Of a stretch of DNA of 64,000 nucleotides, positions 40,870-54,156 are shown in pieces (the first letter of the stretch is position 1; each line of letters begins with the position of its first letter). This DNA is from Eledone cirrhosa (taxonomy: Eukaryota). The stretch spans positions 172,918,001 to 172,982,000 of the forward strand of contig OZ024742.1 of NCBI GenBank assembly GCA_964016885.1, given 5' to 3'. The position numbers and the translations under genes were made by a program. A model generated the notes under the pieces. The model was not told the origin of the DNA, did no database searches, and worked only from the letters and a program-made list of their open reading frames with translations.

Positions 40870-41045
40870 GAAATTGTAGTAAGTAAGTTAATTTTTATAA
40901 TTTTCTTATTTTACGTCTTTCATATAATTGTTCTGCATCGCCTTGCATCGGACCACAAAGTTACTAAGACAAAACCTATATATTTGCTAGCATAGGTATG
41001 CATATGTATATATATGCTGGTAGATATACTAGTTCTATATACTAG

Positions 41046-41101
<56 letters not shown>

Positions 41102-41413
41102 GTGTGTGTGTATATATATATATAAAGTATGTCCATAAAATCATTTGATAATATATATACACCATTTCCTCTCACAATTACCATAATCAACCAAACAAAA
41201 GTCAATTAAACCAGACTATAAGATTAAAAGGCACATATTAAGAAATAATAGATAAATAAACGACAGCAAGCTATTTGCGATCAACTGCTATAGAATATTT
41301 ACCCAATATTTCAATAGCACATGGAAATCGATTAAATATACCGCCAACTATACATAATTAGGTATAAAATTAAAGTGAGAAGAAAAAATGCATATACACA
41401 TACCAGGATTACC

Positions 41414-41491
41414 TTTCAACCTTAGGGTCTCGTTCGCTTTCGGAAATAACCTATCAAGGGTAAATTCTCGAGCTTCGAACTCATCAGGAAA
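41414..41491 (-). ncRNA. Decayed hammerhead motif (GAAA to GAGA)
   Basis: tttc CTGATGA gttcg...cgaac GAGA ccctaag GTT gaaa; all three stems form. Lies between short direct repeats at about 41122 and 41801. Confidence 0.6.
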
Positions 41492-41878
41492 CTAACTCAC
41501 TTGGACAAAGACTATTCTTAAATGATCCCCGCCAGATACGAATTCAAAATGGCTAAGAACTGTGATGTGGCAGTGCTCAAGTCAGAAAGAATGTGATTAG
41601 TGGCTTACGGCGAGGGGGTTGGTTGCTAGAAAGCGCAGCCCGATATTGCTCAAATTGTATCTCAACCTTATGGGAGATTATCAGATATAAAGATTTACAT
41701 ATACACAAACTAGACAAAGTCACAGATATATATGTTTTTGCAACCATTCACGATGTGGCTCAATGATGAATTAATAAATTAAAGAATCACAGCAATATAC
41801 TATAAAGTATGTCCATAGAATCACTTGATCATATATATATACACCATTTCCTCTCCCAATTAGCATATACATATATAT

Positions 41879-41944
<66 letters not shown>

Positions 41945-41948
<4 letters not shown>

Positions 41949-42830
41949 TTGCAAGGTTTTTGATATGAAATCGTGTGTTGAAACAAATATTGTTATACTT
42001 GGGGAGGGTCATATTGTTGTAATAATATTGCCAGAAATAACAACAGAACACACTCACTGTTTGGTTGGTTTTCGCTTCTGTATCTTTTATATTTCCATAG
42101 TTAATTTATTTGGCAAAACATACCCCTTTAAGAAAACCGACTGTACTAATAAGAAATGTGTTATATGTAAAATGAACCCCCAGATTAACTGTAAAACTAG
42201 AAATGTAGTCTTTAGCGAAAGTGGATGGAGGATACTTGCAGAAACATGACAACGACATACATAGGTGAGGCAGCTGGAAGCATAGGAGAAAGAATAGACA
42301 AACAGTGGGGGGAATTAAACGGACAAAGAAACGGTTCAGTACTATACGAAAACGCCAAACAAAACATGACGGTAATATAGACAACATAGAAATTAAAATA
42401 ATATCTAAACATACAAATGACTCAACAGGGAGGCGAATCAGCGAAGCAAGTGAAATAGAGCTTAGAAGACCAAAGTTAAACATAAAGAACGAATGGAATA
42501 ACAACAACAACCATACCTAAAGAAACAATACTGACTTAAGGGATATATAAATAAATAAAAAAATAAAAAATATATACACAAATACAATAACAACAAACAC
42601 ATATAAAAACACACTAGTAAACAAAGATAGAATACAAAAACTAAAACACATACACTCAAACGCGGATACAAACCCGCAAACGCATGAGCAGAGACAGAGA
42701 CAAGAAGAAATTAATAAATAAATAAAATAAAAATGTCGTAGACATTACAATACATTACAATATAATAGGAGGTAACATAATAGTGCCACTGATGATGTTG
42801 CAGATGTATGTGCAACAAAAGAACTTTGAT

Positions 42831-42873
<43 letters not shown>

Positions 42874-43030
42874 AGTTTTAACCGTTTGTCAATCAATGAT
42901 AAACTTTGATTGCCAAATAAATTAACTATGGAGATATAAAATATACATAAGCGAAAATCAACCAAACAGTGAGTGTGTTCTGTTATCATTTCCGGCAATA
43001 TTATTACAACAATATGACCCTCCCCAAATA
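41945..43030 (+). mobile_element. 5'-truncated PLE: inverted tail, GIY-YIG relic, decayed HHR (42785-42830), tail
   Basis: 41998-42116 is inverted relative to 42910-43028. HHR reads CTGATGA t gttgca...tgcaac AAAA gaacTT. Confidence 0.78.
42113..42520 (+). pseudogene. Frameshifted PLE GIY-YIG (CxxxxCxxC zinc-knuckle type, Neptune-like)
   Basis: [24 protein letters not shown] / [23 protein letters not shown] / RRISEASEIELRRPKLNIKNEW. Confidence 0.78.
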
Positions 43031-43367
43031 TATATATATATAAAGTAGCGGGGAAACAGTACTCACATTTAAAGTAGCGGGGGTAACACACACACATTTA
43101 TATGTATTGATAAAATATCATACAGGCATCAGAGAAAGTAATACGTTGAATCACCTAATGTAAAACCAGATCAAAGAAAAAGAAACCTAAATTTGCTTCA
43201 AACGTTTATATTAAAAGCAAACAAAGTTTATTAGTCTAAACATTTAACACTGCACTCAGTAAACCATTCATATATCTATATAATTATGCCCTTTGTTTTG
43301 AATGCAGACGGAAGATTTATTACTGCAACAAGTATTTCAATGTATTAATAAAATATATTTTTTATCG

Positions 43368-43461
<94 letters not shown>

Positions 43462-44116
43462 GAGAGATACAGAGAGAGAGAGGGGGAGAGGGGAGAGCGA
43501 AATAGAGAGAGAGTGAACGAGGGAGAGATGATTCATGTGTTCAAATCCTAACGATGTGTTAAATTCTCTTCGCTAACCATTTTAAATCACCATCATCCAG
43601 CCTCCTTACACAAATTATCTACACCAAGCCTACCCTTGTATTTGGAATATTCATTGAGTAGATCAAATCAACTGGCATACTGCGACACGACAGAAGTCCT
43701 GTAAAGTCTCAACATCTGCAGTAAAATGTACAAGATCTTTGGTCTTGTGGTTTATTCTGAGGATGTTGTTGATTGTCTCATTGCTGTTTATATCCTCCCT
43801 CTGTTGCTATTGCTGCTTCTATTCTTGCTGTGGATACTGCTGATGATGCTGTTGTTTCTATTGTTACTGCTGCTATTGTTTTGCTGGTGTTCTTATTCCT
43901 GCACTTGTTGCTACAGCTGCTGTTATTAATAATTTCATTTAACCCTCAGTGTATTGTTTATGCGTTAGTGAATTAGGGATGTTTTCCAGGCAATAGTATC
44001 AACAACACTTTCATTCATTTCATGACAGACAATTTGGATACTTGACGATGTAGTTGAACATATCAGAATATATATTTACAGATACGGTCAGTCATACGAA
44101 ACACACATTTACATAG

Positions 44117-44283
<167 letters not shown>

Positions 44284-44291
44284 TATATATG

Positions 44292-44477
44292 TATAACGAA
44301 GGAAATGTGGTAAGGAACCAGGTGGACCATCACACACCAAAGTACACAATACTTAGGGTAGTAGAGTGGGTTATAGGATCCAGTAAGACCCCGACGGCTG
44401 AGCTCAAGCCGTTTCGACGGCTAATTCTAATTAGCCGTCGAAACGGCTTGAGCTCAGCCGTCGGGGTCTTACTGGTT

Positions 44478-44480
<3 letters not shown>
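44292..44480. repeat. Fold-back fragment centred on an HHR stem II; family also at 4752-4885, 31274-31410 and 62418-62511
   Basis: ccagtaagaccccgacggctgagctcaagccgtttcgacggctaat tcta attagccgtcGAAAcggcttgagctcagccGTCggggtcttactgg. Confidence 0.8.
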
Positions 44481-44529
<49 letters not shown>

Positions 44530-44533
<4 letters not shown>

Positions 44534-44997
44534 ATAACAGAAAAACGAACACAGACATATACATATATGTGTTCAAATCGTAAGGGACCTATATTCGGCT
44601 CCGTTAATTTGTTGAGCTATATCAAATGTCGAGTAAACCTGGCTGCCATTTTTAGTGGTGTAGATTTATGAGACACGCTAGGATGCCATGTGTGCTATTT
44701 TATATATTTTATATATAGCGTACTTAGATTTGTTTAGGATAATAATTCATCACCCACTGATGAGCTTGGATTGGGATTTCTATTCACAATTAACTTTGCG
44801 AAACGACAACAAGGTGGCTGGGTGATTGGTAGTTACGACAATTCCGGTTTGTATTTATTTTCTTAATTTTTTTCTTAAATTGAGACAAGCGAACCCAATT
44901 GTCTTTACTTAGTATTCTTTTCCCCTTAGCGAATCATGTCCCTTACGATTTGAACACATATATGTATATGACTGTATTCGTTTTTCTTTTATATTCT
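44530..44997 (+). mobile_element. PLE-derived mini-element: inverted tail plus partly decayed HHR (44749-44826)
   Basis: 44530-44588 is inverted relative to 44938-44997. HHR reads atcaccca CTGATGA gc...gc GAAA...tgggtgat (8-bp stem I; cleavage triplet decayed). Confidence 0.75.
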
Positions 44998-45111
44998 ATT
45001 ATAATGTACGGCTCAGAAATATCTCTTTCTTAGAACTATTTTGTTGTAAGAGAGTATTTAGAGTTCCTAACTCTATATATAACTTTGATATACACACATA
45101 TATATATATAA

Positions 45112-45171
<60 letters not shown>

Positions 45172-45250
45172 ATATGTGTGTATGTGTGTGAGTGTATATA
45201 TATGTGTATATATATATGTGTGTGTGTGTGTGTATATATATGTATGTGTG

Positions 45251-45364
<114 letters not shown>

Positions 45365-45931
45365 TATTTATATATATGTGCGTGTGTTTTTTATGTGTGT
45401 ATATGTGTATGTGTATGTGTGTTTATGGTTGCGCGCGAGTTTGTGAGTGAGTGTGTTTTTTTGTGAATGTGTCTGTTGATTTTTGGCATATAGTTGATTA
45501 GTTTAAGAGAAGTTCGAAGATAATTGTAAGATATGCACTCAGTATTTTGAATCGGTCTACAGAATTCTCTAAACCTTTGTCACTTAGTAGAACCTTAATG
45601 AATTTAGCTTTTAAAGAATCTCCCTTTCCTTTAATTCTATCTACCATGACTGACCCCCCACTGATCTTATAGACATCTGTTAGCTTAAGAGAAACTTAAT
45701 GACAAGGTATGGTATGCCATCGGAACCTGTTTATAGAATTCTGTCTGCCTTTGTTACTCTAAAAACAAAAATTAATAAAATTAATAAAAATAAAAATAAA
45801 CTATAGCTTTGTAGAATTAGCTTTTAATGAATTCCCTTTTCTATCAACCAATGACCTACACCCATCCCACTCCCCACCCTCTCCTACCACTTGTAGAGAC
45901 CTATAAATACCATATTTATTTGTTGATACCC

Positions 45932-45982
45932 AGATTCCTGATGATTTCTAAAGAATGAAACAGTTCTAGTCCTGTAGAATCT
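45932..45982 (+). ncRNA. Hammerhead ribozyme
   Basis: agattc CTGATGA t ttc taaa gaa t GAAA cag ttctagtc ct GTA gaatct; perfect 6-bp stem I. Confidence 0.87.
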
Positions 45983-46046
45983 CATCTATATTAAAACTAT
46001 ATATATATATATAGTTAAAAGAATAGAGGTGTAACACACAAGTTAT

Positions 46047-46450
46047 TATATATTGGTAAACGGAATAGAAAATACTGACAAATTGTTCACAGTTGAAAAA
46101 TGGTTTAATTAGGAATAAAAGAGTATTAGTGATTGTATGGGTTAGTATTCAGTTGTGGTTTTAAGTTTTTAAGTTTTTACCGGTTGCGCATTTCTAAATG
46201 CTTTTCAAAAATAATTTTGAGATAGAGTGTCCGTGCTGTTTGCTCAGATCAGAGCAAACAGCACGGACACTCTATCTCAAAATTATTTTTGAAAAGCATT
46301 TAGAAATGCGCAACCGGTAAAAACTTAAAAACTTAAAACCACAACTGAATACTAACCCATACAATCACTAATACTCTTTTATTCATAATTAAACCATTTT
46401 TCAACTGTGAACAATTTGTCAGCATTTTCTATTCCGTTTACCAATATATA
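46047..46450. repeat. Near-perfect 400-bp palindrome; each arm has an HHR-like relic
   Basis: Arms meet at tgctc agatca gagca (46241-46256). At 46289: TTGAAAA gcattt ag aaatgc GCAA ccgGTA. A related fragment lies at 3056-3130. Confidence 0.88.
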
Positions 46451-46647
46451 TATATATATATATTTATTAAAATAACAGATTAAAGTTTAAGCAAAGAATC
46501 GCTGCTTTCACCCTTAACGGGATCTTCTGGTATATTTGCTCTAGGATTCTTATATACTTGATATATATTTATCCTTATCGAGCCCTCTTTGGATTTTAGT
46601 CTTCAAATTTATTATTATTACTATTACTATATATATATAAATATATG

Positions 46648-47405
46648 ATTGTATACGTACATACATATATGTATACAGACGCACAGTAGTATGTATATAC
46701 ATACATGCACACATATATATATGTACGTATGGGTTTACCGAACAAAGGGCAACGATTGTTGCCGAACACTGTACGGCTTCATTCGGGCTGTTCGTTTACA
46801 AACAAACCGAACATTATAATAAATGTTCGGTAAATCCATACGTACATGTATATATGTCTGCATGTATCTATGTATATACACACTACTGTACGTCTGTATA
46901 CATATATACATATACGTATACATACTTATATTTAAGTATCACACGTACTAAGAGTGAGAAATTAAATTTCATTTTTTTCCATTTAACGTTTTCGGTACGC
47001 TCGGCCGACTAACTCACTCGATATGCAAATTAGGCTGCTTAGCCGCAAATATACATTAGGAAAATATATACTTTCAAACGTTCAATCGATTGACAGGAAG
47101 GTATACGGTGCTGATGACAGCTAAGAAGCTAGAAACTAGTTCATCGTTCCTTTGTTAGTGTGGAAAAAAAGGGCAACGATAGTTGCCGAACACTGTACGG
47201 CTTAATTCGGGCAGTTTGTTTACAAATAAACCGAACATTATAATACACGTTCTGTAAACCAATACGTACATATATATTTGTGTGCATGTATGTATGTATA
47301 TACATACTAGTGTACGTCTGTATACATATATGTCAGTACTTATACATACTTATATTAAAGTATCAGCCGTACTAAGAGTGAGAAATGAAATTTCATATTT
47401 TCCAT
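46648..47405 (+). repeat. Diverged 470-bp-family array with inverted 5' piece; intact HHR at 47105-47147
   Basis: acggtg CTGATGA c agc taagaa gct a GAAA cta GTT catcgt. Confidence 0.85.
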
Positions 47406-47421
47406 ATATATATACACATAC

Positions 47422-47452
<31 letters not shown>

Positions 47453-47533
47453 TACACATATATGTGAGTGTGTATTTGTATATCAAATATACACACACTC
47501 ATATATATTTATACATACATACACACACACACA

Positions 47534-47585
<52 letters not shown>

Positions 47586-48454
47586 AGTGTGTATGTGTGT
47601 ATCTAATGTTAGAATGCACATAAATATATATGTATTTTAATAAATATGAATATAAAGTAACCAGAAACGTTATCGATAGATATTTTAATATATGAATTAC
47701 AATATTTACTGTATTATATTTGATGTATATTATATCTAACACTGCAATTGAATAGCAAAACAAAATATCAATTAGATTGTATTGAAATTGCGCCAGATAT
47801 ACGCCAGATATACATACTCTGATGTACACATATACACATATGCTGGTGTATATTCATTCTCTCATTTAATATTGAGGATCTTCATTAAGCAGCGAACGTG
47901 AAAGCTGTTCAGTCATCTTTGTGATCAATTGCCCTTGACAATTAGTGACAATACAAAGGTCATCGGCCGAAAAACAGATTCAGCTCCATCTACTTATCCG
48001 AAAGTTAAATTGTTGCATTAGCAACGACATCAGAAACTATAATTTTAGTATATAATCTCAAATTTTGCTTTCTAGATTAATTAATGAAGAAAGTGAATAT
48101 TTCATCGGAAACACGTACAGGAAGTGTTCACTGCACAAAAACATCTGCGCCTCTCGTCTGCACGTATTCCTAATGCGAAAGAACGAAATCGTTATCACGT
48201 TTGGTGTCATGGGAAATAACAAAATTGGTTGCAAGACACAAATCATTGGCTGTAGAAAGAAAGTGTAAAGTGAAGTAATAGCCATTTAAATACAATCTTC
48301 AGATTATGAGGAAGTTAGATGCCATTCTGCAGTCGTTAAAGTTTCAATAATATATGTATATTATTTGATACACTATAACGTAACAGGCAGCTGTTTCAGA
48401 ATTTGCGTACATGCAGATGTCTGCCGGCTGCTGTTTAATGTTCACATTCTAAGG

Positions 48455-48586
<132 letters not shown>

Positions 48587-48851
48587 GAAAACAGGGAGAA
48601 AAAGACGATTATTATTAAGAAAAATATATATTTTTCCCTTTTTATTTCTTTCTCTCTTTTTTCTGGGTTAGAAAATGATTAAAACGAAATATTTTACTTT
48701 GTGTGAAGTGTTAAGGTATTAGTTGATTTATTTATTAATTAATAATGGCATTTATTTATTTATTTATATATTTAATAATTGTCTATTACCGGTTTATATA
48801 TATATAGTTTAGAATGTGGACATTAAACAGCAGCCAGCATATATATATATA

Positions 48852-49502
48852 TAATTTAAGAATAAATTAAGAAAAATAAATACAAACCGGTATCGTGCTA
48901 ACTACCATCACCCAGACGGTCTTTGATAGAATCGTTTGCCAATATTATTTGTGAATAGATATACCAAATTCCAGGCTCATCAGTGGGTGGAGAAATTAGT
49001 ATCCTCCTCACTTCTAAATCAAATTGAAAACTGGAAAGTGTGTGTATATATATAACACACATAGTTCCCGAACTTAGCGTGTCGCGAAAACTTACGCCAC
49101 TAAAAATATCAGCCGGGTCTACACGACATTTGAAGTAGCTCTACGAATTAACGGAGCCGAATATATCAAAAGCATGCTATTTTTTAGTGGCGTAAACGTA
49201 CGCGACACACTAAGACCGGGAACCATGTGCGTTATATATACACACACTTTCCAGTTTTCTATTTGATTTAGAAGTGGGGAGCATACTAATTTCTTAACCC
49301 ACTGATGAGCCTGGAATTTGGTATATCTCTTCACAAATAATATTGCGAAACGGTTCTATCAAAGACCGTCTGGATGGTAGTTACAACAATACTGGTTTGT
49401 ATTTATTTTTCTTAATTTAATTCTTAAATTGAGTCTAGAAAACCCTATTGTCCGTAGTTAGTATTTTTTTCACCTTAGCGAATTTGGTCCATTACGATTT
49501 GA

Positions 49503-49536
<34 letters not shown>

Positions 49537-49620
49537 GCGTGTGTTTGTTTTTCCTTTTTGTTCAGTTATATAGGGCTCGGAAAAACCTTTTTCCTAGAGC
49601 TAATTTACTCTAATGAGACT
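48852..49620. mobile_element. Fold-back mini-element with HHRs at 48909-48989(-, GAAA mutated) and 49298-49374(+)
   Basis: 48852-49105 is inverted relative to 49180-49430. Plus strand: cca CTGATGA gc...gc GAAA cggt tctatcaaag acc GTC tgg. Same family as 44530. Confidence 0.82.
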
Positions 49621-49650
49621 ATTTTGAGTTTCTAACTAAATACATGCTTT

Positions 49651-49719
<69 letters not shown>

Positions 49720-49746
49720 CATACATGCATACATACATACATACAC

Positions 49747-49819
<73 letters not shown>

Positions 49820-49838
49820 CATACATACATACACGCAT

Positions 49839-49869
<31 letters not shown>

Positions 49870-50167
49870 TATATATATATATTTGTGCGTGTGTGCGTAT
49901 CCACATTTTCGACGGAAACAAAAAATCAAACAACTTATTACAATGAATAAATATATTAATTCATGATATGCTATTAAAAGGTTCTTTATATTTCGATCAC
50001 TATTCCTTCATCAGAGGATAGAATGAGAAATAAAATACAACACAGAATAATATGGTCTGAGAAGAGGAAGAAGCCGTAAGAGACGTTGAGAATAAGCACA
50101 CTTTAATTTAGAGAACCGTCTGAGAAAATATGTACACGTTGTACACAAATATAATTATATAACATAT

Positions 50168-50248
<81 letters not shown>

Positions 50249-50633
50249 AAGGTTTAGCAAATAATGAAAAAGTTTCAAAATAAATTTAAAAAAATTGACT
50301 TTACCTACTATAGTTACCTTTACCGATCGGTTTCGAATCCCAAAAATAAAACGGAGACCATACGGCCTTCGTTGCAAAGAAAGATTCTCGTCAGAAGGTT
50401 CTTTTCATTCAAAGAATATAAAATTCTTGAATTTAAATCACAGAATACCGCTATCAAAACTGTTCCCGGGATGAGAATGGATGATGTAGAAACAGGTTTA
50501 TCAAGGGCCGAAGCAAAGATAGAGGCAGAAGGAGGTACGTCAAACCAGCCACGGCTATCGCTAGCAGCAGTCAGAACGACCAAATATGTTCTCAACATTA
50601 GTGGAGGTAGTAGTAATAGGATATGTGTTCCTA

Positions 50634-51500
50634 CGCAGTCTTTTAAATTATTTAGAAGTGAAGCATATCAATTTGTCTCTGGATGTTTACTGAGGAGGGG
50701 GGGGGGGTATGATATTCCTACACTTATTTAACTCGAAACATATTTGGATCTTAAAGTCTAAACTTATCTACGGAACAGGTTTGATTTTGAAATTTAAATG
50801 TGTCTAAACATCACGGCCTTTTGCCAATACAGTTCGTCTCAGTTGATTTATTATTTTAAATCGATATGGACAAACTGTAGTATAATAATTAATATACTTC
50901 AATCTGGCTAAATTTTTCTTTTGCAATATATATACAGATGTGTTGGTATCTGTGTTTCATCACATACATATTAATTTATACACTGCTCAGGGGATATTTT
51001 TCCTCATTCGAGCTGATTCCATTGTAAAAGAATTCATTATCTTATTAATTTTAACTGCTCCTAGTTTGAGCTGCAAAGCCGCCTCATATATACGACTGTT
51101 ATTTCTAGCAGTACGGTTATGAGACTAGTTAGATACTGTAAAGCCATGTGCGTCACGCAGTCTTTTAAATTATTTAGAAGTGAAGCATATCAATTTGTCT
51201 CTGGATGTTTACTGAGGAGGGCGGGACATGATATTCCTACACTTATTTAACTCGAAACATATTTGGATCTTAAAGTCTAAACTTATCTACGGAACAGGTT
51301 TGATTTTGAAATTTAAATGTGTCTAAACATCACGGCCTTTTGCCACTACAGTTCGTCTCCGTTGATTTATTATTTTAAATCGATATGGACAAACTGTAGT
51401 ATAATAATTAGTATACTTCAATCTGGCTAAATTTTTTTTTGCAATATATATACAGATGTGTTGGTATCTGTGTTTCATCACATACATATTAATTTATATA
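50634..51500 (+). repeat. Direct repeat of about 345 bp, period about 519, each copy with a weak HHR-like motif
   Basis: acgcagtcttttaaattatttag...attaatttata at 50634 and 51155. CTGAGGA gg...ctc GAAA catatt occurs in both. Confidence 0.8.
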
Positions 51501-51511
51501 TATATATATAT

Positions 51512-52050
51512 AGCATTAAGGATACTATTTATGGTTATGCAAATACAAAAACCTTTTTGTAGTTATATATATTTATCCAAAACCTAAATAGTGATAGGCA
51601 GTAGTATATTACTACCTTATTACCAGTAAGTTAAATAGCTCAATGTAATAACATTAGATGATTTACAGAGCAGTTATATATAAGTAAGAATCAAAGAGCT
51701 GTTCAAACCATTTCATGCTTACAACTGTTTCCTCCAAACCGAGGTTTGGATTCTTCGGAGCAATTTATTAGTAAATGAACACTTATATGACCTCCTTTTC
51801 AACCCAAGAGACATACAGATACATATGCAAATATTGTTGCTTGGTGGGTCAACATCCATTACAGCATTTAGTGTGGCAGTACACATTTAGAGATTGCATT
51901 CATATTAAAAGATAAAATCAAAAATCCAGGTTAAAATACAACATGAAATTAATGCGATAGGATAGTCATAAGCGGTTACTGAGTGAAATAGTTACACGTG
52001 TGGCAAGCACGTGCGTCTTTTTATATAATGTTATATTGTGGCAGAGTGTT
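51512..52050 (-). mobile_element. Older copy of the intact PLE's 3' end; HHR at 51716-51762
   Basis: Colinear with 8526-9050 but diverged. HHR tgct CCGAAGA atccaaacctcggtttggag GAAA cagtt GTA agca is nearly unchanged. Confidence 0.88.
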
Positions 52051-52093
52051 ACATGTAATGCATAGTTTTATTGTTCAACAATAAAACTAACCC

Positions 52094-52177
<84 letters not shown>

Positions 52178-52257
52178 TAAATATACATATACATCAGTAT
52201 ATATATATATATATACAAATATATATATATATATATATACATATATATACATATATG

Positions 52258-52351
<94 letters not shown>

Positions 52352-52506
52352 GTTGAGAAGGTAACACACCAGAGCGAGATATATAGTGCGCTATCAATAA
52401 TACAGGGAAAAAACCACCAGTGTATGGAATCTATAACCTATGAAAGGCAGACTATAGACACGATAATTAAAAATATAAATTAAAGCGTAAATAAATACCG
52501 GGACTT

Positions 52507-52845
52507 AGGACAATTTACGACGGTCAGGCGGTAGTAGATGACGGACGCGATCTACGCGTTAGACATCTCCACTCGACCTTTAAGGGATAGCCTCTTCTCC
52601 GCCTATTTCTGGGTGAGAGAAGCCACGCTGGTCGTCACCTCGTCCCAGTTTGTGTCCGTCTGGAGGTCAGGACCGAACCTGAACCCTAGCAATTTAACCG
52701 GTCCGTCCAGCGCCCGACGACGCTGTTGGACGGCATGGACCTGCCTCTCCAGGTGCCGAGCTGCAGGCTCACTGATTTTTCCTGGTTGATCATTGCTCCT
52801 GTCACCGCTTCGTATTCTCTTAGTGTAGTGCCGATCAAACGAGCC
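52507..52845 (-). pseudogene. L1/Tx1-like LINE ORF2 fragment
   Basis: LREYEAVTGAMINQEKSVSLQLGTW, then LGFRFGPDLQTDTNWDEV...RLSLKGRVEMSN; stops and a frameshift. Confidence 0.78.
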
Positions 52846-53671
52846 ATTATAAAGATGAGGAGATAAATATATAAAAAAACAAATATATAAACAAAGAGCA
52901 ATTCCTGGTTACTATTCCATTCCCACCATCCCCAAATCTCTCATTGGTATTGTTAAGCTATAGAAAAGTTTAATAGGTGGAGAAAAATGCTAAATACGGG
53001 ATTGTAGTGAAAGCACTTTATAAAGCCATCTTTACAGGGGTGTGACACCAGTGCAAAAGGTAGTAGTAATCAACCAATGCTATCTTACAATGACAGGTTA
53101 ATAAGTTGAGGGCAAACATATTAAAAACCTAATACGAACTATTAATTCAGAATACTAATACAATAAATACTAATACAAGAATACTAATGCAGAAATACCA
53201 CTTAGTAATTTAGAAATCACGGAAAAGGAGCAGCAACCAGAAAGAAGGCAATTATCTGGGCTCTAACACATCTGCTATAAAAAACGTACTTGGCCAATTC
53301 TATCTTAAAATTAGGGGGGGGGGGTGCTGAGGCTACGGAGGACCGATGGGCTGCTTCGGGGAGGGGGGGGGGGCGAACAGTTGAAAAAAAGACCACAAGG
53401 AAGGAGATATGAACTGGAAGGACTAGGAAGAGTTGGGGGAAGAAGGAACTATAGAGGAACAGATTTTAAAAAAATATGAAAAAGTTACGTCTAACTTTGT
53501 AAGCAGGGGTTACCCTTACAAAGTCTGTAAGTTGGGTGTTTCAGGCCTTGTCTAACACACACACACCTCCGGGTCATTATGGGGTTTGAGGGCGAGGTAG
53601 TAAGTCCTACGCAATCTGTGTTTGCATGCAGTTAACGTTAGTATTAGGTGATTGTCGCATTTAATCAGATT

Positions 53672-53751
53672 TTCTCGCTGATGATGCTCGGGGATTATCT
53701 GTTACAAACACACTCAGCGCGAAACAGATTAATCCCTAATCTGTCCGAGAG
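53672..53751 (+). ncRNA. Full-length hammerhead ribozyme (GUC)
   Basis: ttctcg CTGATGA tgct...agcg c GAAA cagatta atccc taatct GTC cgagag: long stem III, GUC at 53743-53745. Confidence 0.87.
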
Positions 53752-53970
53752 ATGTAATTGTTATTGAGGCGGTCTGTATAATTTTATTTTTATGATTCTG
53801 TCTGCTGCATTGTTAAATATTTCAAACAAATGTGTTCTTCAACCCTCGTAATATTAAACACACGATTTACTGTGTATATTACTACATATATTATTGTTAT
53901 AACGTACAGTATTTATACTTTGAGCTTGTTAATTGCAGGGTTTCAGTATGAGTTTTTAACTCTACATTTC

Positions 53971-54056
<86 letters not shown>

Positions 54057-54083
54057 CGAGAGAGAGATAGAGAGAGAGAGAGG

Positions 54084-54156
<73 letters not shown>

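Larger units (their letters stand above)
40163..41035 (+). mobile_element. Non-coding element with two direct repeats of about 280 bp each carrying an HHR, plus an inverted 5' tail (retrozyme/pLTR-like)
   Basis: Repeats start catcgcctggga at 40240 and 40759. 40163-40217 is the reverse complement of 40353-40407. Confidence 0.85.

Noticed and set aside
43640-43935. CAG/CAA-rich segment resembling a coding exon or PLE linker
   Set aside because: Stops in the plausible frames and no diagnostic motif.
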